Assembly (NCBI GenBank): GCA_963837175.1
Contig: CAWIMJ010000050.1
Location: forward strand, 288,001 to 352,000
Length of the DNA: 64,000 bases
Reading direction: 5' to 3'
From: an uncultured Nitrososphaeraceae archaeon
Lineage (GTDB): Archaea > Thermoproteota > Nitrososphaeria > Nitrososphaerales > Nitrososphaeraceae
Shown one piece after another: positions 55,284-64,000 of this stretch (the stretch's first letter is position 1; the number at the start of each line of letters is the position of its first letter). A program made the position numbers and the translations under genes. Under the pieces are notes generated by a model. The model made no database searches. It saw only the letters and a list, made by a program, of their open reading frames with translations, and was not told the DNA's origin.

Positions 55284-56450
55284 ATGGACGCTAGGAATAT
55301 TGGCTTACGAAATATCGAAGTTGCTGATACACGTATTTGTTCCATTGATGGAGAAAACGGTAAATTGATTTACCGTGGTTATGATATCTTAGATTTAGTT
55401 AATCATTCTACCTTTGAAGAAACAGCGTACCTATTATTATTTGGTGAACTACCAAGTCCAGATGAGCTAGAAGATTTTTCAGGAAGATTAAGAGAAGCCC
55501 GTAGTGTTCCTGGGACAGTTATTAGAAATTTAAAAACACGTCCAAAGAGAGCACGTCCTATGGATGTGCTTCAATCAAGTGTCTCAGAATTAGCCGACTA
55601 TGATCTGAATATTGAAGACGATTCAAAAGAAGCCAACATTAGACGAGCAATCATCCTTATCGCAAAAATTCCTACAATTGTCTGTGCGTGGAATAGAATT
55701 CGCACAGGTAATCACATTGTAGACCCCCTGGAGGAAGGATCCCATTCTTCCAATTTTCTTTATATGCTTCGCGGAACACCGCCAACTGCAGAAGAAGCAA
55801 AGGTATTTGACATTTGCCTTATCTTACATGCAGAGCATAGCTTCAATGCATCAACTTTTGCAGCTAGGGAAATAGCTTCAACAAGAGCTCATATGTACGC
55901 TTGTATCGGCGGTGCTATCGGTGCATTATCCGGCGAATTACATGGAGGAGCAAACATACAGGTTATGAAAATGTTGCTTGAAATCGATGACATTTCTAAC
56001 GTAGAGAAATGGATAGAGACTAGATTGCAACAAGGTGGGAGAATTATGGGAATGGGTCATGCCGTGTACAGGACTACAGATCCAAGGGCTGAAATACTTT
56101 CGAGACTCTCAAGATCAATGTCAAAGCAAACAGGCACAAAATGGTTTGAGATTACAGAACGTCTTGAAAACTTCACAAAAAAATACATGCTTGAGAATAA
56201 GAAACAAGCTATTTATCCCAACGTCGACCTATATAGCGCCTCGCTTTATTATAGCATAGGCATTCCTATGGATCTCAATACCCCTATCTTTGCAATTTCA
56301 AGAATTTCGGGTTGGTGTGCACATATAATTGAAGAGAAGTTTGCAGAAGCCGCTCCTAAACCTGCCCTATATAGACCCAAAGCTGTTTACGTAGGAAAAT
56401 ATTGTGGACCTATGGGATGCGAATATACGCCTATACAAAATAGAGAATAA
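55284..56450 (+). CDS. gltA: Citrate synthase
   Basis: GKLIYRGY, HAEHSFNASTF, LSGELHGGAN, GMGHAVY, YPNVD. Confidence 0.95.
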   Translation: MDARNIGLRNIEVADTRICSIDGENGKLIYRGYDILDLVNHSTFEETAYLLLFGELPSPDELEDFSGRLREARSVPGTVIRNLKTRPKRARPMDVLQSSVSELADYDLNIEDDSKEANIRRAIILIAKIPTIVCAWNRIRTGNHIVDPLEEGSHSSNFLYMLRGTPPTAEEAKVFDICLILHAEHSFNASTFAAREIASTRAHMYACIGGAIGALSGELHGGANIQVMKMLLEIDDISNVEKWIETRLQQGGRIMGMGHAVYRTTDPRAEILSRLSRSMSKQTGTKWFEITERLENFTKKYMLENKKQAIYPNVDLYSASLYYSIGIPMDLNTPIFAISRISGWCAHIIEEKFAEAAPKPALYRPKAVYVGKYCGPMGCEYTPIQNRE

Positions 56451-56793
56451 TGGTAAAGCATGATACATTTGATTAGGATAACTGTTTCTAATGATCCCTC
56501 TACAAACCTATTCTTTTTTTTCTTAAACTTATTATTATTTTTCAATAGAGTATTATGTATGCGGCCGATTGTAAATAGAGTTAATTGATCATATTCTATA
56601 TGTTAATTCATACAAATCTATTGTTCATATATTAAGATAGCAAGAAATTAGAAATATCTATATTATAAGCAGCAAATCCCCCATTGAAAAGAATAGGCAG
56701 AAAGCATGGTTTAGTATGATATTTAAATAAATTATCTATTGCTATTAATTACCCAAATCAATAGAAATTTAGATACTCTCTACCTATTATTAC

Positions 56794-57183
56794 ATGAAAA
56801 TGCTTAACAGTATCATCGCTATAGTCGTCATTTCTTTCATGGTGGTTGGCGTGCTTTGGGGAGTAAGCAACATAATTAACCGCCCTGAAGGATCATCATC
56901 AATAAAAAACGTTTCAGGCATTTTGTTAATAGCTCAAAACAATGCATTTAACAATACAAATCCTGATATCTATGCTGCCGTCAATGTACCCGAGAAGCTA
57001 CTAGTAGTCAATAAGGATTTTGTAAGACATGATCTTATTGTAGATGTATTAAAGATTAATACAGCTTATTTGTCTTCTGAGCAGGGTTTTACAACTGCAA
57101 TTGCATCAAAAAAGGCTGGCACATTTGAATACTACTGCTCCTTGCACCCAACCACAATGCGTGGTAAAATAATAGTCAAATAA
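56794..57183 (+). CDS. Membrane-anchored single cupredoxin domain protein
   Basis: N-terminal TM, RHDL, GTFEYYCSLHPTTMRG. Confidence 0.85.
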   Translation: MKMLNSIIAIVVISFMVVGVLWGVSNIINRPEGSSSIKNVSGILLIAQNNAFNNTNPDIYAAVNVPEKLLVVNKDFVRHDLIVDVLKINTAYLSSEQGFTTAIASKKAGTFEYYCSLHPTTMRGKIIVK

Positions 57184-57688
57184 TGATTGCATTCAGCAGC
57201 CAGGTGCAAACATACTCATCGTCTAGAATATTAAGAAGCTTTCTCTATTTAGTGTACCCCCAAATCTTGCCACGAGGCGATAATTATAACGTAATGAAAT
57301 ATTTCGTCATCTTTTATTTCGATTTTCAATAATCTATATAAATATAAATTAATCCTTAAAAATTGATATGTATGAGTAAAGTCCATCAGACTCTAATGTT
57401 TTAATGCAAAAACATATAATATAATTGATCATATGTACGGATTATATGGGTTATATATTGTCTAATTTCTACACTTCCAGTTGGAGGTACTTAATCATTC
57501 ATTCTCTAAAATTATATAACTAGCTCGATTTTACACCTCTCTAAATTCCTAACTAGCCTAGTATTTCTTCATTATACATTGTTCCTATTCTTTTGGCCGT
57601 CTTCATACGAAGGATAATTATTAACATGGTCAACTTCGTAAAGAATAGACATTATAAACAGGAATTTATCATAGATTTATAGAGAATA

Positions 57689-58171
57689 TTGAAAGTATAT
57701 CTTCTTTCTAAGAGTGATAGCTCTTATTTGACTCAAATGATTCAGAAAAAATGGCCAAGGAATATACTGCCTAGAATAAAAAGTTTCAAGGTCTATGAAA
57801 TAGAACCTGACAAGCGCATACTTCAATATGAAGGTTTTATGGCAGTTCAGGTAAATCGTGATACTGTCCTGCCCTTTCTAGGAAGAATCGAAATAATTGA
57901 GAAATTTCCTTCTGTAAAAATAGATATGGGAGCTGTTAGTTTTGTTTGCAACGGAGCCAAAATAATGAGACCTGGTATAACAAAATTTGATAACTTTCAC
58001 AAAGGAGATATTGTTGTTATAAAGGATGAAATACATGAAAAAACATTGGCAGTTGGAATCGCTCTCGAGGATAGCAAAATAGCTAGTAATAACTCAAGGG
58101 GTTATGTGATAGATAATTTACATTATATCAGCGACAAATTTTGGAAGGCACATAAAGAAATTACCTGGTAA
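57689..58171 (+). CDS. PUA-domain RNA-binding protein
   Basis: IDMGAVSFVCNGAKIMRPGI...LAVG...LHYISDKFW. Confidence 0.9.
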   Translation: MKVYLLSKSDSSYLTQMIQKKWPRNILPRIKSFKVYEIEPDKRILQYEGFMAVQVNRDTVLPFLGRIEIIEKFPSVKIDMGAVSFVCNGAKIMRPGITKFDNFHKGDIVVIKDEIHEKTLAVGIALEDSKIASNNSRGYVIDNLHYISDKFWKAHKEITW

Positions 58172-58280
58172 ATACACGGAAATATCCATATTCAAGATTT
58201 AGGTTTAAAGATAAAGATATTTTCATTAGAAGGATATGAAAGCAATACAAATTTAGGGAATTATTACCCTAAAATTTAGG

Positions 58281-58877
58281 CTACACCTTTAATGATTCTT
58301 CTCGGTAACCATTACTATTTATCATCAATAGATCTATGCCGTCTCCACTTGATGCATCTCTTTGTATTGATGATTTTATAGCTTTTATTGCCAGTTCTTT
58401 TGCTTTTTCCTCTGAAAGTTCTTTTTTGTATTCAGCGTCCATAATACCCAGAGCCATTTCAGCTCCTGTGCCTACAGCTGCGTATTCGTCAGGAAGAAGA
58501 GATCCTAAGGGATCTAGTGTATAGATCTGAGGTTTACCATCAACTCCTCCAACGATCACCTGGGTTAATAGTGGAAAAAATCTTCTTTCAAACATTATGA
58601 CTGACATTAATTTTGCAACCGAATTTGGTGCAACATTGCGTTTAGTCTCGAGTTTTCTAATCTTAGCAAGAGCACCTACTTGTCTTACCAGCACTTGCAT
58701 ATCAGCTATCATTCCAGCACACGCAGCACCAACAAATTCGGTAACAGGAAAAGTCTTCTTTGTATTCTTGTTTACAAGAAAATTACCATATGAAACACGC
58801 TTTTCGGCAGCCAAAAGGACGCCGTCTTGATATGAAATTCCCACAGCCGTTGCACCCGGCATAAATTGAAATGCCAT
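58281..58877 (-). CDS. psmB: Proteasome subunit beta
   Basis: GATAVG, AAEKR, GMIADMQ, LDPLGS, AVGTG, RDASSGDGID. Confidence 0.93.
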   Translation of the reverse strand: MAFQFMPGATAVGISYQDGVLLAAEKRVSYGNFLVNKNTKKTFPVTEFVGAACAGMIADMQVLVRQVGALAKIRKLETKRNVAPNSVAKLMSVIMFERRFFPLLTQVIVGGVDGKPQIYTLDPLGSLLPDEYAAVGTGAEMALGIMDAEYKKELSEEKAKELAIKAIKSSIQRDASSGDGIDLLMINSNGYREESLKV

Positions 58878-59021
58878 AGATTTTCAGATTATATCCTATA
58901 GTAGTTAGATTTAGTCCTTTCTATTCTTTATTCCCAGCTGGCTGAACATTGTAGTAGTATGAACAAGAAACAATATATTGAAAAAGTTTGTTGCAGTCTA
59001 ATTGTGGTTGTGGGCAATCAG

Positions 59022-60742
59022 TCATTTCTTTATTACAGAATAATCATGTATTCTAATAGCTTCCGCTACCAATCTATTTTGAAGTTCTAAGGCATTCTTT
59101 CCTTCAGGGTGTTTAGATTCGGCTATAGTCTCGGCTACAATGCTAATTATATGTCTTAATAGGAATTCATCTCCTCTCGCAGCTTCTGCGAGATAAGTTG
59201 AATTGGCCTTATTTACGAAAACTACATTTTCATTAGTGAAACTGTATCTTGAATCTGAATCATCTTCATAAGGGATTACCTTATATCCAATTTTCTTTAA
59301 TGCAAATGTCTTTTTGACTATAGGTTTTCTAACTTTTCTTGTTCGTACCAACGTTCCATTTATATCCTTTTCATCCACCACTTGTACCAATTCTGCTTGT
59401 TGAGAAATAGTGTTGGTCGAGGGTTGATTAATTAGCTGTTCTGAGGATGTATGCTGATATTCCTCTTGCGTTTGTTCTTGTGGTTGTCTAAAATCAATTT
59501 GTGATAAATCTGAAGCGTTCTTATGTGGAAACCCTTGTTTTACCTCACCTGCATCTTCCGCTTGTCCAAAGGTATTTGATAGTCTATAAGTAGAAGGTTC
59601 GTCTGTCGAATAATTTATAATTTCAGAAGGAATTCTTCCTCCTTGATCGATATCAGAACTGAGAACATCCCCTGGTTTTATGATTTCTTTCATATCTATT
59701 ACTTCATAGTCTTGTACTTCTCTTGAGATTCAAGATTCTCGATAATGGCTTGTCCTAGTACTTTGTCGATCTCTCTATAAATTTTAGACTCTTCACGAGT
59801 AATCAGAACATCTTCATATTCGGTCAAACTTGGAATGACTATGTCTATTATGAATGTCTTCATTGTCTGATTGAATTTTGAGTATTCTTCATCCTCTATT
59901 AAAGCAGATTTATCTGCAAACCTTGACGTTAAGGTGTCACATCTAATATGACCTGTCACCCTGTTAAATTTAGTGTCAAAACCAAAGTTGTTACGGGTAA
60001 CAATATGGTTTCCTACCATTATCGCTATTCCTCTCTCATCCTCAGATAATGGCCTCCGTGCAATTACTATTTCGCCACTAATGCGACCATTATCTATATT
60101 TACTGGAATTTTGTGACCCTGTATATCGGGAGCTTTAATCATCTGAGCACCATCAAAATTCCATTCTATAAAGTTCTCACCTTCTTTGACATACACCTCA
60201 AACATAGGGTGTCTCAAAATCGCCAACTTACGAATTTCTTTTGTCAATCTAAAAATGTCAATGACGACTTTTGAATTCTTCATAGTCAGTTCAGTACCAT
60301 TGCGGTCAAGCGTCGGTTCGTTAATATCGTCCAATTCGACATTCCCGCTGAAAAGTTTATCAAGGGTATTACCATCTATTAAAATAGATTTACTGAAATC
60401 ATCACGTCTTGTTCTTATTGTCATATTGTCAAAAGAAGTAAGGAATGATAATCTACCAGTACCGTACCTGCCTGTCCTAATTCGCTTTAACTTGGGAGAA
60501 ATAGAGTCATGTTTTTTATGTGGAGACCCTAAAATCAAAAATTTTTCCATAGCATCTGGATTCATTCCAGCATCGTCTTCGATGATAACCGTACCATTTT
60601 TTAAAAGAGTAACAAGAACCTTCGTAGCATCTTCATCAAAGGCGTTTTCTATTAACTCCTTCACAATTTCATTAGGAGAAATCCAGGTTTTAGTTGCAAA
60701 CTCTCTAAAAAAGGATGGATGTATCTTTAATTCAGAGGTCAT
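59022..60742 (-). pseudogene. GHKL (HSP90/MORC-like) ATPase with one frameshift near 59722
   Basis: KELIENAFDEDA, EDDAGM, GRYGTGRLS, GT Bergerat motifs; alternate frame EVQDYEVIDMKEII joins the two ORFs into about 570 aa. Confidence 0.8.
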
Positions 60743-61537
60743 TTATCAAGTGAGAGGTACTTGCTTTCCTTTATTTATTACTTGTCAAATGAATTTTGAC
60801 AATTTAGTCAGTAGCATTAAGGTTATAAAGTCTAGAATCCGTCAAACTAGTAATTTATAATGATTATAATTCTATGCTATATCTTTGCTATATACATTTT
60901 TGTGTCTACGAGACATCTATAAGGTATTTATGATCACAATCCTTTCAATTAATATTCAATATATTTTTAGATTTTATAAGAAAAGTTTTATATTTCAATA
61001 TATAATGGAATATCGAAAAATAACATGAAATTTTATAGGCGATGAAAGGAGAAGAAAATTCAAGTGTCACCTGCTAACATTTGAAATCATCGTCTTTATG
61101 TGTTAGTTTGCATTTATGCTTGCTCAAGAATAACATAGGCATTTGCATTTTTTAGAGTACTAAGCTTAACAAATACTTTATCACGTAAGAATTCAAAGAT
61201 ATTCAAATTATCTTAGTTAATATCATTCTGATCCAAATATTTTGGATATTAGTAGTTCTTGTGATGAATCCTTCGCTATAATTATTAAAAGTGGTTTACT
61301 AAGAATAATATTGTCACATTTGTATAGGAAACCTAATCCTAGCCGCGTTGAATACTAAACATTAGTCATTATGCGAGTTATATATTATTCCCCATTTTTG
61401 TAGTCTCTGAATTGGATTAACGTTATTATTTATTCTATATTATTATATATTATAAAACTAGTACAACTAGAAAGTTTTTTTTCATATAATGGCTAATTCA
61501 AAAGAATAATTGTCTGGAGTTAGTAATTATTTCTTTG

Positions 61538-62599
61538 TTAATGCGTTTCATTAATATCGTGAGGTAGGAAAAATTGCAAGAATAAACTAATAATGTACAT
61601 TCCAGCTAGCATAATGCCAACCTTGAGCCCAATTTCCTTTTTGAACATAGGTATCAGTGCTATTATTGTAACTGAAGTCACAAGTATAACCTGATAGGCT
61701 AGAAGATTATTCAGACCAATTGATGTGTAAAAGCCACCATGATACATTGCTCCAAACACCGCGACAGCTAATAGTAGCGTGTTATTTAATATCTTTGATC
61801 CTAATACATTTGCCACGGCTATTGTTGCGCCTATGGCGCCCTTTCTAGCTAAAATCATCATAGAAATTTTTTCAGGCATCTCACCTGCTATTGGGCTTAT
61901 GATGATCGCTAGTATAACAGCTGAAATCCCAACCTCTGTAGAAAATCCCTGTAGTGAATGAATAAAGGGTTCAGCGCCTAGCAAGATCCCGACTGTCCCT
62001 GCTAGAAATGCTAGACTCGCTTTTAACATCTGCTTGTCAAATCGATTATTAGGATTGTGTTCTTTTTTTACTTCTACTATCTCCTGACCTCCTATGTTAT
62101 GAAGCAAGTCTGTCGATTTTGTTTTTGATTTTTCAGCCTTCATTTCAATTAGGGCCATTGCCAGATAGGCGACAAACATAACCGCAAAAACAATTCCATC
62201 AATATAATTATAGCCGTCTATGAACAAGACCGCACTTACGACAGCTGTGATGAGAAGAAATATTTTATCCAATTTAAATGGACTCACATCTATGCCCTTT
62301 AAGGGAGCTTTTGAAAGGCGCGTTGTGGCAATAAGCAACATTATAGCCAATCCTAAGGTCATCATCAAAAGATTGCTGCCGAGTCCTGCCGCTACGGCAA
62401 CACCATAGAATCCTCCAGCAGCAGCATAAACGACTATCGCTATCTCAGGAAGTGTCGTTGCCACACTAAGAAGTGTCCTACCAACAAATTTTCCGCCATA
62501 TTTTTTTGAAAGATGCTCTGCGCCATAAGAAAGGATCCAACTAGCCACTGTTAATTCACCAAGCCAAAATAACATTGTAGTCAGATTACTTTCAGCCAA
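61538..62599 (-). CDS. Ca2+/cation antiporter (CaCA, YrbG-like)
   Basis: Alpha repeats ATTLPE...GLGSN and AGEMPE...NVLGS; about 10 TMs. Confidence 0.88.
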   Translation of the reverse strand: MAESNLTTMLFWLGELTVASWILSYGAEHLSKKYGGKFVGRTLLSVATTLPEIAIVVYAAAGGFYGVAVAAGLGSNLLMMTLGLAIMLLIATTRLSKAPLKGIDVSPFKLDKIFLLITAVVSAVLFIDGYNYIDGIVFAVMFVAYLAMALIEMKAEKSKTKSTDLLHNIGGQEIVEVKKEHNPNNRFDKQMLKASLAFLAGTVGILLGAEPFIHSLQGFSTEVGISAVILAIIISPIAGEMPEKISMMILARKGAIGATIAVANVLGSKILNNTLLLAVAVFGAMYHGGFYTSIGLNNLLAYQVILVTSVTIIALIPMFKKEIGLKVGIMLAGMYIISLFLQFFLPHDINETH

Positions 62600-62753
62600 G
62601 CATGAGTTATCCTAAAAAAGGTTAATATAAATCACATTCTACATTTTCAAATCATATATTGAATTGGCTTCCTATTCAAAAGAAATAATAAACTTACATT
62701 TCCGTAGAAAGCACGAACGTTAGTAGAGATATATATACTGACTATTTTAAAGC

Positions 62754-62918
62754 TCAATTAGTAAATGGGGAAAATACCAAGTTCTTGCTCAAGTATTCCA
62801 TGCTTATCAAGACTTTCGCAGTAGGCATTGTAGTTAACATTATCATTAGTGTAGGGACAACAGCACATACTATCATAGTGAGAATTATCAGGACGACTGC
62901 AGTCATCTTTTCAGCCAT
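62754..62918 (-). CDS. 54-aa single-TM small protein
   Basis: Below the ORF-track cutoff. MAEKMTAVVLIILTMIVCAVVPTLMIMLTT...; TTTATATA box about 23-30 nt upstream. Confidence 0.5.
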   Translation of the reverse strand: MAEKMTAVVLIILTMIVCAVVPTLMIMLTTMPTAKVLISMEYLSKNLVFSPFTN

Positions 62919-63459
62919 AAATTAACCTCTTCAAATTGGTTATATAAATTTTAAACAAAATATTTATTATTCTTATATCACTTTAATTTTTATTTCACCT
63001 AAATTCGCCAAAAAATGTTGCTTACGGTAGAGTTAGACTTATTCACAGCGTCTAAAACGTCTTAGAATATACATTAGTCTTTTTCTTTGTATTATTGTAC
63101 TATAAGCAGTATAATGGTATCAGAACGCTAGACAAATAAAAATAGATACAAAAAGGAAAGTAAAATGTTTATTGAGTTATGAGAAAATATCTGGTCCTAT
63201 GAGAAAAACATAGCTGCGATGAGATAGATCTGCCAAGCGCGATCCTCAAAATTATTGGACATTTTATGCAGGTAAATATGAAAGATCTACGCAAATTTAG
63301 AAGATTTGATATGAAGGTAAATGGTTTAATCTCTCATTTTCAGCCATGACCTGATAACTTAAGTGACAGACAGGCAGTTGATTGTTTTACATTATCTTAT
63401 ATCTTATATGTAGGTTTAGTGTATATTATGTGATCTTTTTGATACAAAATAGTTTTCCG

Positions 63460-63762
63460 ATGAGGGAATGGCACGTTGAACACATGGAAAAAATAATTGT
63501 GAAGTACATAAGAGGATTATCGGAGAATGCTTCTGCATGGGAGAAGAGGCAGCACAAACGATACGGCAAAATAACAAATACATGTAGAAGTATTGACTAT
63601 GATATCAAGCACGGAGTTACACATGAAGAAGTTCTTTTGCTTTTACAAAAAATTCGAAACCATTCGTCTTTTTCTAGTCTTCGAAAAAATGAAGGATCTA
63701 TAGAAAGATTAGATGAGGTAGAAAAATACTTTGTCCCATCCAAACGGACGAGCTGGCAGTAA
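63460..63762 (+). CDS. Hypothetical protein
   Basis: ATG 63460 MREWHVEHMEK...; charged helical composition. Confidence 0.65.
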   Translation: MREWHVEHMEKIIVKYIRGLSENASAWEKRQHKRYGKITNTCRSIDYDIKHGVTHEEVLLLLQKIRNHSSFSSLRKNEGSIERLDEVEKYFVPSKRTSWQ

Positions 63763-64000
63763 TATCAACTCCCAACTTAGATTGTATATACATAGATGTA
63801 TATGATTATATGTGTAATTTTTACATAATATAGAGATAATATTATAATATTTACCATGGAAATGTTTGTCATAACGAAATATGTCAAAATGAGTTTGAAT
63901 ATAGTATAAAAGTAAATTATCATTGCTCATGATAATAGTATAATTCTCTCGTCTTTTTGATTTCTTCTTTACACGTTAGGTCAAAAATGATAAGATTTAC

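Noticed and set aside
60186-60860. 224-aa plus-strand ORF
   Set aside because: Antisense to the GHKL ATPase, with no motifs.

Overview
AT-rich archaeal chromosomal window, most likely from a soil ammonia-oxidising archaeon (Nitrososphaeraceae). This is inferred from a eukaryote-like type IB topoisomerase, archaeal RadA/AspS/proteasome beta, CofG/CofH, several type-1 copper proteins and mostly leaderless TATA-type gene starts. Most genes are housekeeping, separated by long decayed intergenic tracts. These tracts hold IS6 relics, a probable decayed integrated element beside tRNA-Met(CAT), and a truncated F420 oxidoreductase. Three genes carry single-base frameshifts that may be sequencing indels. 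The best candidate for an undescribed system is at 51.07-53.32 kb: a coupled ycaO-tfuA (thioamidation) pair with a divergent 58-aa ORF missed by the ORF track. That ORF looks like a nitrile-hydratase-type RiPP leader with almost no core peptide. A second candidate is a UbiA prenyltransferase next to two paralogous winged-helix regulators, with repeated ATACGA boxes in its promoter. All family calls come from reading motifs by eye; no searches were run.
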